From: an uncultured Verrucomicrobiae bacterium
GTDB taxonomy: Bacteria > Verrucomicrobiota > Verrucomicrobiia > Limisphaerales > Palsa-1400
Reading direction: 5' to 3'
Assembly: GCA_963707025.1 (NCBI GenBank)
Contig: CAVPOM010000004.1
Location: forward strand, 64,001 to 128,000
Length of the DNA: 64,000 nucleotides
The position numbers and the translations under genes are program-made. The notes beneath the pieces are model-generated. The model ran no database searches. It worked only from the letters and a program-made list of their open reading frames with translations, and had not been told where the DNA came from. This document shows, in pieces, positions 29,501 to 41,219 of this stretch (positions are counted from its first letter, which is position 1; every line of letters begins with the position of its first letter).

Positions 29501-32500
29501 CCCTGCCGCTTCGCTCACACTGCCCGAAATTGTCCCCCCGCTCCAGTTGAACGTCCCTCCGCTCAACACTTGCAAGGCGCCCGACACGCCGCCCCCGCAA
29601 TTGAGAAGGCCGCTGACCGTGTAGTTGCCAGCCAGGGCCACCGCACCCAGAGTGAGGTTGGTGATGGCGCCCCCTTGAAAATTCGCGCCCAGACTCACGG
29701 TGCCGCCGGTCATTTGCAGATTCGGTATCGTGTTGTCGAGCAGCGTGAGCGTGCCGCCGGTGAATTCAATCGTTCCAGGCCCAGTCAAGGTTGGCGGCGT
29801 GCCATAACGGAAGGCGCCGCCCGAAAAGTTGATCTCCGCCCCGCTGGCCGCCGAGAACGCGCCTTCCATGGTGCCGCCACCTTCGAAATTCAACATGCCT
29901 TGGTTGGCGGCTACGGTTCCCGCATTGTCAAGGGCCACCGAAATGGTGGTCGTGCCCGTGGCCGCGGACTTTTGCAACGTGCCCAGGTTGTGAAAATAGG
30001 CGTTGGTGGTGGAATAAAAGTTGATCATGCTCTGGTCGCACTGGATGTCCCACAAGGCTCCAGCCAGGTTTTCCACCGCTCCAGCGTAGGGCGTGTTGGT
30101 GTTGTTGAACACATACACGGTTCCACCCAGCCAATTCACCGTCCCCGCGTTGGTCAGCGGGTTGTCCAAATACACCGTCCCACTGCCGTTAATGTTCAGC
30201 ACCGCGTTGCTGGCGAGGCTCGTGGGACAACCCACGGTTCCACCGGTAAAATTAAAATTACTGTAAACCGTCAAGCCTCCGATGCCATTGACCGTCCCAG
30301 AACTCAGGTTCAGGAAAGCAACGCTGGCACTGTTCGTCAGGGTTGCGGTGCCGCCGTTCGTGACGTTCACAGTATCATACAGGGACGGCACTCCCGCTGG
30401 ATTCCAGTTGCCCGGTGTAAACCAGTCGCTGGAGACGCCGCCCACCCAAAAGAAATTCGTGCCTGGATGGATGTTGGAATAAACACTGATGCTCACCGGG
30501 ATGGATATGGCCGTCGCTCCCGCGGCATCCGTGGCCTTGGCTGTCAACGAGTAAAAGCCAGGAACCACATTGTTCCAAGTAAAGCTGTAGGGGCTGGACA
30601 AGCTTTGGCCCAGCTTGTTGGTTCCCTGGAAGAACTCCACTTTGACAACTGCGGCGTTGGTGTCGGTAGACGTGGCGTTGATCGTGATATTCACCGGCAC
30701 CACGAAACCCTCTCCGTTCGTGGGGCTGGTGATGCTGACATTGGGCGCGGCATAATTGGTCGCCAGCAGGATCAAAGAACTGGCCCCGTAGTTGAGTTGC
30801 CAGGACAGTCCTTCCGTCGGCAGGCTGACATTGGCAAAGGCGCCGCTTTCCGCCGCGTAGGTCAGAATGGTGAAGGAATTGCTCACGGCCGGCACGTATC
30901 CGCCGTTCAAGGTGACCAGAAGAGTCCCTGCTTGCGCCAGGTCCAACGCCGTGCTTTCGTTCCAGGCGAAGGTGCCGAAATCAGTCGAGCTGTTGAGGCC
31001 GACACTCAGAGTTTCCGAAGACTCCAAACTCAAGTGAGCGCCTCCCAACCGCAGCGTCCCATGCTGGGCGCTCAAGGTCGCCGCGTTGGTAAAATTGTCC
31101 ACACTGATCGTGCTGGTATTGTTGGTGCTGAATGCACTGATCGTCCCCTGGTTCACCAGATAATCAAACCCACTTTCGCCCATGATCCCGGCCGCGCTGA
31201 TGAGGTTGATCACCCCTCCCGCCAGATTGACCAACCCCCCGTCCTGACCGGCCGTGTTGTTGTTGTAAACATAGAACCCCTCGTTGGTCATGGAGCACGT
31301 CCCGGAATTGGTCATGGGAGACCACAAGTACAAATAAGCGCTGGAGGCCGCGCTCATCTGCGCCCCGCTTTGCAGCCACAGCCAGCAATTGGTGTTGCCG
31401 GCATAGCCGTTCTGGCCAAGGTCGGAACTGGAACCCGCCAGCAGCATCTGCCCGCCATTCTTCACCGTCACCTGCGCCTCCATGGCCACCCCGTTGACAC
31501 TGAGCACCGCCCCGCTGGCCACCACGAATGACCCGGACAGCGTGCCATTGGTCGCGACCAGCGTCCCCGTCACCGGCAGCGTGTTGGATAGGCTGCTTCC
31601 GTCCACCGTTAAATTGGTGATGGCCCCGCCTTGAAAACCCGGCCCCAACACCACCGTCCCGCCAGCATACTCCAGATGGGCAATCGGGTTGTCCGCCAGG
31701 GTGAGCACACCGGTGGTAAATTGATACTGGCCGCCACCGCCCAGCGTCAGACCCGCACCCGCGCTCGTGCCCGGACTGGCGCTGGCCCCGAATTGGATCG
31801 TCGTCCCCGCCGCCGCACTGAAATTGCCTGTCAGCGAGCCCAACCCGCTGAAAGACTCGATCCGCAAAGTACCCGCCCCCGCCAGCGTGGCCACCGCGCC
31901 CGGGTTGGTCAATTGGTCCATGCTGATGGTGCTGCTCCCGGCGGAAACATTGATCGTCCCCTGGTTCACCAGATAATCAAACCCACTTTCGCCCATGATC
32001 CCGGCCGCGCTGATGAGGTTGATCACCCCTCCCGCCAGATTGACCAACCCCCCGTCCTGACCGGCCGTGTTGTTGTTGTAAACATAGAACCCCTCGTTGG
32101 TCATGTAGCACGTCCCGGAATTGGTCATGGGAGACCACAAGTACAAATAAGCGCTGGAGGCCGCGCTCATCTGCGCCCCGCTTTGCAGCCACAGCCAGCA
32201 ATTGGTGTTGCCGGCATAGCCGTTCTGGCCAATGCTGGAACTGGAACCCGCCAGCAGCATCTGCCCGCCATTCTCCACCGTTACCTGCGCCTCCATAGCC
32301 ACCCCGTTCACACTAAGCACCGCCCCGTCAGCCACAAGGAAAGACCCGGACAGGATGCCATTAGTCGCAACGAGCGTCCCCGTCACCGGCAGCGTGTTGG
32401 AAAGGGTGCTTCCGTCCACCGTTAAATTGGTGATGGCCCCGCCTTGAAAACCCGGCCCCAACACCACCGTCCCGCCAGCATACTCCAGATGGGCAATCGG

Positions 32501-33622
32501 GTTGTCCGCCAGGGTGAGCACACCGGTGGTAAATTGATACTGGCCGCCACCGCCCAGCGTCAGACCCGCACCCGCGCTCGTGCCCGGACTGGCGCTGGCC
32601 CCGAATTGGATCGTCGTCCCCGCCGCCGCACTGAAATTGCCTGTCAGCGAGCCCAACCCGCTGAAAGACTCGATCCGCAAAGTACCCGCCCCCGCCAGCG
32701 TGGCCACCGCGCCCGGGTTGGTCAATTGGTCCATGCTGATGGTGCTGCTCCCGGCGGAAACATTGATCGTCCCCTGGTTCACCAGATAATCAAACCCACT
32801 TTCGCCCATGATCCCGGCCGCGCTGATGAGGTTGATCACCCCTCCCGCCAGATTGACCAACCCCCCGTCCTGACCGGCCGTGTTGTTGTTGTAAACATAG
32901 AACCCCTCGTTGGTCATGTAGCACGTCCCGGAATTGGTCATGGGAGACCACAAGTACAAATAAGCGCTGGAGGCCGCGCTCATCTGCGCCCCGCTTTGCA
33001 GCCACAGCCAGCAATTGGTGTTGCCGGCATAGCCGTTCTGGCCAATGCTGGAACTGGAACCCGCCGGCAGCATCTGCCCGCCACTCTCCACCGTCACCTG
33101 GGCCTCCACAACCACTCCGTTCACACTAAGCACCGCCCCATCGGTGACGCCAATTGCCCCGGTGAGCTTTGAGTTCGTCAAACTGAGGATGCCGCCGCTG
33201 TTGATCAGGGCGTTCGTTGCAGTCAGGTTAAAAGTGTTCGCCTGGAGGGTTTGCACGCCCGAGGCCGCGCCGCCAAGGCTCAGATTGCTCAGAGTGACGC
33301 TGACATTGAGGGTGACGGCGTAGGTGCCCGGCGTGGTGACAAGGGCGGTGTCCGCCGCGCCCGGAACCTGGTTTGGACTCCAGTTTGCCGGCACGTTCCA
33401 GTTTCCGCCGCCGGTGTTCGTCCATGTGATGGATGCCGCACGGCTCGCCAGGCTGCCAACCAACAAACTGGCGGCAAACAATGCGATCCCTGACAAACGA
33501 ACGCCCACGAAAAGCCCCGTCCAAACTCTTCGAGGGGTTGGAGACCACGCGATGCGCCGGCCCGGTCTCAACAACCGGGGCGGAAATAAAGGCGCCGGCC
33601 GGCTGTCAGGATTGTTCAACAT
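20581..33622 (-). CDS. Giant (~4,350 aa) adhesin-like surface protein with C-terminal Hint domain; one frameshift near 25217
   Basis: ORFs 25175-33622 and 20581-25236 join (YDAAG|NPSPLS) on removing one G; beta-helix passenger repeats, Ig, FN3, carboxypeptidase-regulatory-like domains; Hint CLDPETLVLMADG...VLVHDKC. Confidence 0.88.
20638..21048 (-). other. Hint (Hedgehog/intein) autoprocessing domain
   Basis: Block A G/CLDPETLVLMADG, block B TATIEHQFW, W..A.DLK.GD.L, terminal FYANNVLVHD-K-C. Confidence 0.88.
29215..30215. repeat. Two-copy intragenic repeat (~240 bp, 762 bp apart)
   Basis: NPLTNAGTVNWLGGTVYVFNNTNTPYAGAVENLAGA...YFHN encoded twice. Confidence 0.85.
31138..33138. repeat. 813-bp (271-aa) near-identical tandem repeat, ~2.5 copies
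   Basis: Identical shadow ORFs at 31164, 31977 and 32790 (period 813). Confidence 0.95.
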
Positions 33623-33960
33623 CCAAGCCTTTGTTGAGTGAGTGACGGATGGAAAACAGCGAATTGGCCTCCGGCCTGAAGATTCTCTCCCAAACAGATT
33701 CTATTGACATGGGGATGCGGGAGGCCCGATCATTTTGCAATCGTTTTGTCACGGCATCTGACTGCGAGCAAGTGAACATAGGAAACTGCTGACAAGCATC
33801 AGTTTAATCGCAGGCCTTCCCGTTTGCAAGTTGAATCCATTGAATATTACCTGTATAATGCACCGCAGGGCTATGCCGGGTCGAAAGCCTGTCGCTTAGA
33901 GGGAAAACTCACGTCATCCGGCATTATCCGTTTCCCGGCAAAGCCGCTGAACTCGGAGCG

Positions 33961-34746
33961 TTACCGAGGCGGGCCACCATTTTGGGGCGTGCCCGGATGC
34001 ACTGCCTCCAGCCGGGGGCGTTTTGGGTGACATTGCCCTTCGACGGGGCTGCCTGGCCAAAGGCGGTCCAGCAAGTCGTGCCGGTACCACGACCAGGATT
34101 CGGCGACGCGAGTCCACCGGCTCCGCGCGCTCCGCTCCGGCAGGGGTTGAGGCCAGGCATCATCTGTCCCCGGCAAGCCGAGGGCCTGAGCCAGCGCCGC
34201 CGCGATCCGGGCGTGACCTTCGGCATTCGCGTGGAAACGGTCCTCGCTCCAGAGTCGCGGGTCGGAGCCGACCGGGTATGCGGCGAAGCCGATGAGACGG
34301 GCGCCGGTGGAAGTAGCGGCCTCGCGGATGGCGTCATTCATGGCCCGGACCCGGGGAGCCAGGAGACGGCCGATCGGCATGACGCCGGTGAGGTCCGGGA
34401 GCGTGAAAGTCAACACGACTGCTTTCCCGCCGATGAGCGCCCCCATCATGCACTCGAGTTCTGCCCGGAGCTTGCTCGCATCAAAACTGCGTTCGAGAAT
34501 ATCATTTGAGCCTGCGAAAACGGTTGCGAGGTCGGGCTTCATGGCGAGCGCTGGTCCAAGCTGCTCCTCGCGGATGTCCCGGGAGCGATTGCCGCGCACA
34601 CCCAGGTTCGCGTAGAGCAACCCGCCCTGCGCTTGCGCCACGCGTTCGGCCAGACGGTTCGCCCAGCCACGGTAACCACCCGCCCCATCCGGGTCTTGGA
34701 GACCTTTGCTATGCATCAATGTATCGCGGCGGCGATTTTTGCGCAT
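33961..34746 (-). pseudogene. SGNH/GDSL hydrolase lacking N-terminal GDS block
   Basis: GWANRL, YANLGVRG, AGSND, DRFHAN present; no GDS motif before GLQDPD. Confidence 0.65.
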
Positions 34747-34902
34747 GGACGGACGCGCGAGCCGGGTGCTTCCCCAACCCGAATCGTCAGACCGAAATCG
34801 CGAAAAGTTAGCGGCACCATCTCCCTGGCCCGCTCGCAGAGCTGAAATCCCGAATCTTAAGATGACAGGCCAAGCATGAGCGGAAACTCGCCCGATTCCT
34901 GG

Positions 34903-37071
34903 CTATTTCAAAAAAATATCCATTTCCTTGCCCTGCAGCATATCGGCGTAATTGACAAACCATCCGTCAAGCGGTTTGCCGCCGATGGTGATTTTATCAA
35001 TATTCTTGCCTTTGCCTCGTTTTACGATGGTGAACGTCTTGCCATTGCCAAGGGTTATTGCGATCTTATCGAATATCGGCACCGATACGATGTATTCAGG
35101 ATCGGCAGGCGAGTAAGGGTATATGCCAATGGCATTGAAGACATACCATCCCGTCAGAGAACCCTCGTCGTCCATCCCCGGCAAGGCCAGACCTTCGGGA
35201 CCCATGCCAAAGTAATGGGAGAGCAGTTTGGTAAGAACCGCCTGTGATTTCTCCGGCTTGTTTACGAAATAATAGAGGTAAGGATAGTTGAAATCGGGCT
35301 GGTTGCCCATGCAGAACTGCCCGAGAAAACACGACAGATTATCAACCGCATAGCCTTTCCAGGGAACGGTGAAGAGGGCGTCGAGCTTCTGTTCGAAATC
35401 CGCCGGGCTCTTGTAGAGGCTGATCAAGCCCTGCGGGTCCTGGGGCACGAAGAAAGATGCCTCCCAGGCATTGGCCTCGCGGTACATAAACTCGTAGTAG
35501 GGATAATACGGATCGAACGGCGAATACCAGGTTCCATCGGCCAGGCGGCCTCGCATCAGCTCCGTTTCCGGGTCGAATACGTTCTTGTAGTTCTTGCTGC
35601 GCTTCATCATCTGGGTGTAAACATTGGTATCGCCCAGCGCCTTGGCAAGCTGGGCTATGGAATAATCGGAATAGGCAAATTCAAGCGTCTTGGTGGTTCC
35701 GGCGGTGGATTTGGTTTCGGTTACCGGGTGGGCGATGTTGGCTTCGGAAATATAGCCGGCTTCCAGATACTCTTTGTTGTGAGGCCTGGCACGATTACCG
35801 TCGGCCGTGTTGGCATTGTTCAGCATATAGCGGTAGGCCTGCTGGACATCAAAGCCCCTTACGCCACGCAGATACGACCCCGTGATATACGTTGATCCAA
35901 AATCGCCGTGGAACGAGGTGGGCAGAAATCCCGAACGCGCGCTGCCGCGCAGCATGGAGTTGATAATGTCGTTGCTGACATCGGGAAGCAGCATGTCCAG
36001 CAGGACAAGCTGGGTGCGATGGACATCCCACAAAGCAGGACTCGCCAGGCTTTCGGACTCAGCGCCAGCGTCGCTGGAAAGGCTCGGAAACCAGAACTGC
36101 CGGAAGAGGCAGGAGTAGAACAGCTCTTTCTCCTTTGCGGTTCCGCCGGTTACCTGAATTCTGTTGAGAATCGCTTCCCAGCATTGGCCGGCCTCCTGGT
36201 GAACCTGATCGAAGCTTTTGCCGGCAATCTCAGCTTCCAGGTTATGTTTCGCCGCCTCAATACTGGTATAGGAAAGGGCGATCTTTACCTCCAAAGGCTT
36301 GTTTTCATTCTCGAAGCTGATGACGGGGACATCAATCTTGCCCCTGATTCCCCTTTGGCCGCCCGCCCCCTGGCCGGAGCGCGGAACATTGGGCAGGTTG
36401 GGATTGCGCTTGTAAGTGTCAACGCTTTTGATGCGGTGATTCATCACGGCATAAAAACACAAACCACCCTGCCTTCCCGAAACCGCATTGTCGCCCGCCT
36501 GTTGCAAATCCCAACTGCTGCTTCCGCCTCCTGCATGCACCAGGTCGAAGGCCAGTTTCTTCTCTTGTCCGCCCTGATACGTGTATCGGTAATAGGCACA
36601 CCGTCTGCTGGCGGTAAGTTCAGCATTGATTCGGTAGCGCTCCAGGAAAACCTGATAATAGCCGGGGTGGGCCGATTCGTTGGAATGGCTGAAGCTCGAT
36701 GCGAAATCATCGGCGGTGAAGCTGTTGCCTTCCAGCGGCATAACGGGAATGTTCTGTTTTCCCCACTGCGTGTTGCTCGTCTGCGCGAAAGCCTTGATCG
36801 TATTGACTTCGTACTCATATCCGCTGCCGCTGCCGTAGGTGGTGATCGGAACTGCCTGGACCATCGCAAAGGGGACGGTCGCGGCGGGTGCGTTCAGGCC
36901 GTTCCAAGTGCGCCAGGGAGGAACATAGCCGAGGTCGGCGCTGTTGGTCAGAACGGTTGTTCCGAGAAAGGGATTCACATAGTCCTTCGCGGCGCGATTT
37001 CTTTGGGTGAATTCGCTGCAACCGGCTGCAATCGTCATCACCGCTGCAATAAGGGCGTATTTCCGATTCAT
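34903..37071 (-). CDS. GH92 alpha-mannosidase family protein
   Basis: YVNPFLGT, ESAHPGYY, TLEFAYSD, YREAN, MGNQP, PGMDDEGSL; lipoprotein-like signal. Confidence 0.9.
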   Translation of the reverse strand: MNRKYALIAAVMTIAAGCSEFTQRNRAAKDYVNPFLGTTVLTNSADLGYVPPWRTWNGLNAPAATVPFAMVQAVPITTYGSGSGYEYEVNTIKAFAQTSNTQWGKQNIPVMPLEGNSFTADDFASSFSHSNESAHPGYYQVFLERYRINAELTASRRCAYYRYTYQGGQEKKLAFDLVHAGGGSSSWDLQQAGDNAVSGRQGGLCFYAVMNHRIKSVDTYKRNPNLPNVPRSGQGAGGQRGIRGKIDVPVISFENENKPLEVKIALSYTSIEAAKHNLEAEIAGKSFDQVHQEAGQCWEAILNRIQVTGGTAKEKELFYSCLFRQFWFPSLSSDAGAESESLASPALWDVHRTQLVLLDMLLPDVSNDIINSMLRGSARSGFLPTSFHGDFGSTYITGSYLRGVRGFDVQQAYRYMLNNANTADGNRARPHNKEYLEAGYISEANIAHPVTETKSTAGTTKTLEFAYSDYSIAQLAKALGDTNVYTQMMKRSKNYKNVFDPETELMRGRLADGTWYSPFDPYYPYYEFMYREANAWEASFFVPQDPQGLISLYKSPADFEQKLDALFTVPWKGYAVDNLSCFLGQFCMGNQPDFNYPYLYYFVNKPEKSQAVLTKLLSHYFGMGPEGLALPGMDDEGSLTGWYVFNAIGIYPYSPADPEYIVSVPIFDKIAITLGNGKTFTIVKRGKGKNIDKITIGGKPLDGWFVNYADMLQGKEMDIFLK

Positions 37072-37225
37072 TGTTGTAACTGTTCAGGTCTTTCGTTTAA
37101 CTGGCCGGCAATATGGGGGAATGGGGTGCTTGGGGTCGAGGAAATAGGGCGAAAAACAGTTTCATTTAGGGCTGAACTCTGGTCGGCGGCATGAGGAGAG
37201 CGTGAGCGTGGATCACAGTCTGATC

Positions 37226-37450
37226 CATGCACGGACGGCAAATTGCCCCGGTGGAGTTGGGGCGGTGCGCGGATTGCCGGCGGCCCATCCCGATTGGAGC
37301 CGGTATTTGCTCTCCCGCGAACTGTGCCAAGTGTGGAAGTGGCGCAACCCTGTCGGCCAGATCAGAGACATGGCGTCGCGTTCGCTGCTCCTCAAGCTGG
37401 CGGAACAGGGGTGGGTGGTCCTGCCCGTGTGCCGATGCCATTCGCCCAAC
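37226..37450 (+). pseudogene. DUF4338-like N-terminal fragment (mobile-element associated)
   Basis: HPDWSRYLLSRELCQVWKWRNPVGQIRDMASRSLLLKLAEQGWVVLP, then homology appears lost. Confidence 0.6.
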
Positions 37451-37764
37451 ATATCAGAGGGCCCGCGCCGTTTGCTCCAGGGCGCGTTCATTCCTCGAGA
37501 CGGGCGCGCCGGGACCGGCTCCTCGGCCCGTAACGATGGAAACCTCGAAATGCTTGCTGCCAAGCAACAGATCGTTTCCGTGTGAAAATCGGTGCGCTTC
37601 GACATTTTCATGGTCCGGGCTTTACATGGAGGGCGATTTGCCTTTTCCTTTCGAGCATGGCCCAAAATGTGAAAGCGTGCCGGAGTTTGCACGAAGAATC
37701 ACTCAAGGCCCACGAATAAAAGAATTAACGACAACACGTTCCCGGCTTCGACATAACTTCTCCA

Positions 37765-38745
37765 ATGCATTTATTTCTCACGCCTCGGCCGAGTTCCTTT
37801 TCGAACCCAAAACTTCCCGCGACTGAATTCGCCTTGGCGGCAGTGTTGCTGTGCGTCACGACCGTGCGGGCCGCGGCCCAGGCACCCGCCCCCAGCCCGA
37901 TCATCGCCGATGGCGCCCAAGTGGAAAAAGTGGGCAGGGGCTATGGATTCACGGAGGGTTGCACCGCCGACAAGGATGGCAATGTCTTCTTCACTGACCA
38001 GAATCACGAACCGGGCGGCCAGATCCTGCGCTGGTCGGCCGAGGACGGCAAAATCACCGTCTGGCTGGAGCCAACCGGACGGTCCAACGGGGAGCGATTC
38101 GCGCCCAACGGCGATCTGATCACCTGCGCGGACGAGCACAACCAGCTTTGGCGCATTACTCCCGACAAGAAAGTGACTGTCCTGGTCAAGGATTACAAGG
38201 GCAAGCTTTTGGACGGCCCCAACGACGTCTGGGTGTTGCCTAGCGGCGGAATGTATCTGACCGATCCCTACTACCACCGTCCCTGGTGGGGGCCGGAGCA
38301 TGCCTCTCCACAGCAGGACAAGCGGGCCGTTTACTATCTCACGCCCGACGCCAGGACCCTGGCGCGTGTGATTGATGATTTTCAGATGCCCAACGGCATT
38401 GGCGGCACTCCGGACGGGAAGATACTATATGCCGCCGATATCAACGGGCGGAAGACCTGGAAATATGACATTCAGGAGGACGGTTCGCTTAAGAACAAGA
38501 CCCTGTTCTGCAACGCCGGGTCCGATGGCATGACCATGGACAATCAAGGCAATGTTTACTGTACGCAAAGCGGGATTCAGGTTTTCGACAAAACCGGCAG
38601 GCAGATCGAGCGAATTCCCTCCCCGGAAGGCCAGCAGCCGGCCAACATTGCCATTGGGGGCAAGGAACACAACATCCTGTTCATGGCCGCCCGCAACAGT
38701 GTTTACACGTTGAAGTTGAAGGTAAAGAATTGGGACCAAAAGTAA
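37765..38745 (+). CDS. SMP-30/gluconolactonase/LRE family protein
   Basis: FTEG, SNG, GPND, MPNGI, SDGMTMD motifs. Confidence 0.92.
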   Translation: MHLFLTPRPSSFSNPKLPATEFALAAVLLCVTTVRAAAQAPAPSPIIADGAQVEKVGRGYGFTEGCTADKDGNVFFTDQNHEPGGQILRWSAEDGKITVWLEPTGRSNGERFAPNGDLITCADEHNQLWRITPDKKVTVLVKDYKGKLLDGPNDVWVLPSGGMYLTDPYYHRPWWGPEHASPQQDKRAVYYLTPDARTLARVIDDFQMPNGIGGTPDGKILYAADINGRKTWKYDIQEDGSLKNKTLFCNAGSDGMTMDNQGNVYCTQSGIQVFDKTGRQIERIPSPEGQQPANIAIGGKEHNILFMAARNSVYTLKLKVKNWDQK

Positions 38746-38774
38746 GAGTATAAAAACCATTTTGGCCGGTTTGG

Positions 38775-38993
38775 TCAGCGTCGCGTTCGTAGCCGCAGCC
38801 TTCGGAGCAGGTGGTCATAACCCGGGGCCGGCTTGAGGCAGTGGGAGCACCTGGCGGCTCTGGATGGGTGCGCCTGGACGGTGATTTCGAGGCAACGAGG
38901 CCGGCCCTCCCGATGGCGTTGGAGTCGGATGTCGTGGAAAACGAATCCGGGAAAAACTTGAATCGCGTTCGGAACGGTCTTAACTTGCGGTTG
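38775..38993 (-). pseudogene. ISL3-family transposase N-terminal remnant
   Basis: QVKTVPNAIQVFPGFVF...ARCSHCLKPAPGYDHL zinc-finger start. Confidence 0.65.
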
Positions 38994-39284
38994 AAAATCC
39001 GGTCTCCTTTTCGAGGGTTGGCGCTGTTTTGCAACTCGCACCTTTCTCGAACTTCCGGGGATCAGCTATTTGCTTTTGCCGCCCCGGACGACCTCGCGCC
39101 GTCTATGGGAGGGGGCGGCGTCTGCCGAACTTCAGTTCGCGCCGCCGCAGATCGCCACGCGTCACGGACTCGTCCGCCTCGCCCATGGGCGCGCCCGCGA
39201 CGTGCGAAAACTTCGTCAATCCGTCAAAAACACTGTCAAAAAAAGCTCGCACAAACCCTGAATTGGCCTTTAATCACAGAGATT

Positions 39285-40400
39285 ATGCCACGGACCCAAA
39301 TATCCAGGCCAGGCCAGGCCGCGCGTTTGGTGCTTTTGGCATGGCTGGCCGCCGTTTGCCTGCTGGCGGGTTGCAAGAGCGCGCCGCCGGGGGTTTTCAA
39401 ATCGGCGAGAGCGGACATCCTCTTCCAGGCGCACACTGCGGCCTTTTACCACGAAGAAAATGGGCTTGCCTGGTACAGAAAGAACACCGAAGGAGGGAAA
39501 GCGGATTATTGGAAGTGGGCGGAGCAGATGGAGATGATGCTGGACGCTTACGAACGCACGGGCAATGCGCAGCAACGGGTGATGTTCACCAAGCTGTTTC
39601 GCGGATTTCTTTTGCAACAGGGCACGAACTGGTCCCGCAATCCGTACAACGATGACATCATGTGGATGGCCATCGCCTGCACCCGGGCGCATCTGCTCAC
39701 CGGCAATCCTGAGTTTCGCGACGTGGCGCGGACGAATTTCGACCTCTGCTATGCGCGGGCGATCTCAACGAACTTGGGCGGCGGCCTTTTGTGGAAGGTG
39801 GGGCTGCAGACCAAAAATGCCTGTGTGAACGGTCCGGGGGCCATCGCGGCTTTTCTGCTGGGCCGGGCGACGGGCGAAAGGTCCTACTTCACCAAGGCCA
39901 CGAACATTTTCCTGTGGGAGCGCGCCACGCTGTTTGATCCGAGGACCGGCCGGATTTCTGACGCCATCGGCGGAGGCGGGCGGGTGAATCGCATGGCGCT
40001 GACCTATAATCAGGGCACCTTTGTCGGGGCGGCGAATTTCCTCGGATACACGAATGAAGCCATGCTGGCATCCACTTTTACGATGAACCAGCTTTGCTTG
40101 GATGGGATGCTGCCCGCGTCGGGAGAGAATGGCGATGGAGGCGGTTTCAATGGCATCGGGGTGCGGTGGATTGTGCGGTTCATGAACGAGCGCAAGGCGC
40201 AGGCCGTCTTTGAACCTTGGTTGCAGAAAAATGCCGATGCTGCGTGGCAAGCCCGCCGTCCGTCGGACAATCTTTCCTGGTGCCGCTGGCCGGAGCCGAC
40301 GCCGGGAGGGCGGAAAGCCTCGTGGGATTGCAGCTCGGCGGTGGTCATCACGCAGTTGGTTCGTCCAACGGCACAGGGCAAGGCGGATCGCCCCAAATGA
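39285..40400 (+). CDS. GH76 alpha-1,6-mannanase family lipoprotein
   Basis: LAGC lipobox; YNDDIMW, GGGLLW, KNACVNGP, TYNQGTF. Confidence 0.9.
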   Translation: MPRTQISRPGQAARLVLLAWLAAVCLLAGCKSAPPGVFKSARADILFQAHTAAFYHEENGLAWYRKNTEGGKADYWKWAEQMEMMLDAYERTGNAQQRVMFTKLFRGFLLQQGTNWSRNPYNDDIMWMAIACTRAHLLTGNPEFRDVARTNFDLCYARAISTNLGGGLLWKVGLQTKNACVNGPGAIAAFLLGRATGERSYFTKATNIFLWERATLFDPRTGRISDAIGGGGRVNRMALTYNQGTFVGAANFLGYTNEAMLASTFTMNQLCLDGMLPASGENGDGGGFNGIGVRWIVRFMNERKAQAVFEPWLQKNADAAWQARRPSDNLSWCRWPEPTPGGRKASWDCSSAVVITQLVRPTAQGKADRPK

Positions 40401-40552
40401 AGCATCCGATGCGAGACTCAATATTATTATAGTTGGATGAAGCCGTGATGGTTCAAGACTTCACCCGCACGGCGCCAATGATATTTGGCAGCGCGGAGAA
40501 AGGTAATTCATATCAAACAATAATGTTCAATTGGCAAAGGCGCAGACAAATT

Positions 40553-41219
40553 ATGAAAAAATTGTTAACGATCGCCATTGGAATCGTGTTTGCCTTCACG
40601 AGCGTCAACTCCGTCTATTCCCAACAATTGTGGAACCTGGCGAAAGATAACAAAGCCACCTTCGCACTCTCGGTCTGGTTCACCGCACGGAATGTGCGCG
40701 ATTCTCTATCCACGCCGGCCGGGTTGGATAGTGCGGTTACCTGGTGCAAACGTTATGGAGTTACCAAAGTATATCTTGAAGCCTTCGGGAGGGGTCTTTA
40801 TGCGGAGCGCAAGACTCTGGCAGATGCGAAGGCCAGGCTGCTGAAAGAGGGATTCGAAGTGCAGGGCGGTGTCACGACCAGTCAGTTCGGAAAAGACGGT
40901 GTCGGCAATGGGTGGAAGGGCGCCCAATGCTATACCGACAAAGGAACACAGGAAGAACTCCAGCGCATCTTCGAATTCGCCGCCTCCCTGTTCGATGAAA
41001 TCATTATTGACGATTGGTATTTCACGACGTGCCAGTGCGAGGCCTGTGCCGCCGCCCGCGGAAACCAGACCTGGCCGGAGTACTAATCGGGTACAATGCC
41101 TGCTTTAACATGCGCTGGCTGGCAAGTCTGGGCAACGCCGGCGGCGGCTGGTTCGATAGTGGCGGCACGAGAACGACGGTGAATACATACCTGGAGCAGG
41201 CCCGGCATTCTGTGTTGTC
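40553..41219 (+). pseudogene. Internally deleted secreted TIM-barrel-like hypothetical protein
   Basis: Signal peptide, KVYLE, EIIIDDWYFT; stops at 41086; further fragment (GGGWFD...TYLEQAR) in another frame. Confidence 0.55.

Noticed and set aside
31138..33138. DGR template/variable repeat or CRISPR
   Set aside because: In-frame coding tandem repeat; no reverse transcriptase, cas genes or spacers in the window
25214..33172. Long plus-strand ORFs (e.g. 25214-26422, 29228-31531, 31631-32425)
   Set aside because: Antisense shadows of the GC-rich adhesin gene with no recognisable motifs
37202..37585. Druantia defence system (DruA/DUF4338)
   Set aside because: Short N-terminal fragment only; no helicase or other Dru genes
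38811..39284. N-terminal extension of the GH76 ORF
   Set aside because: Overlaps the ISL3 remnant; the lipoprotein signal starts at ATG 39285
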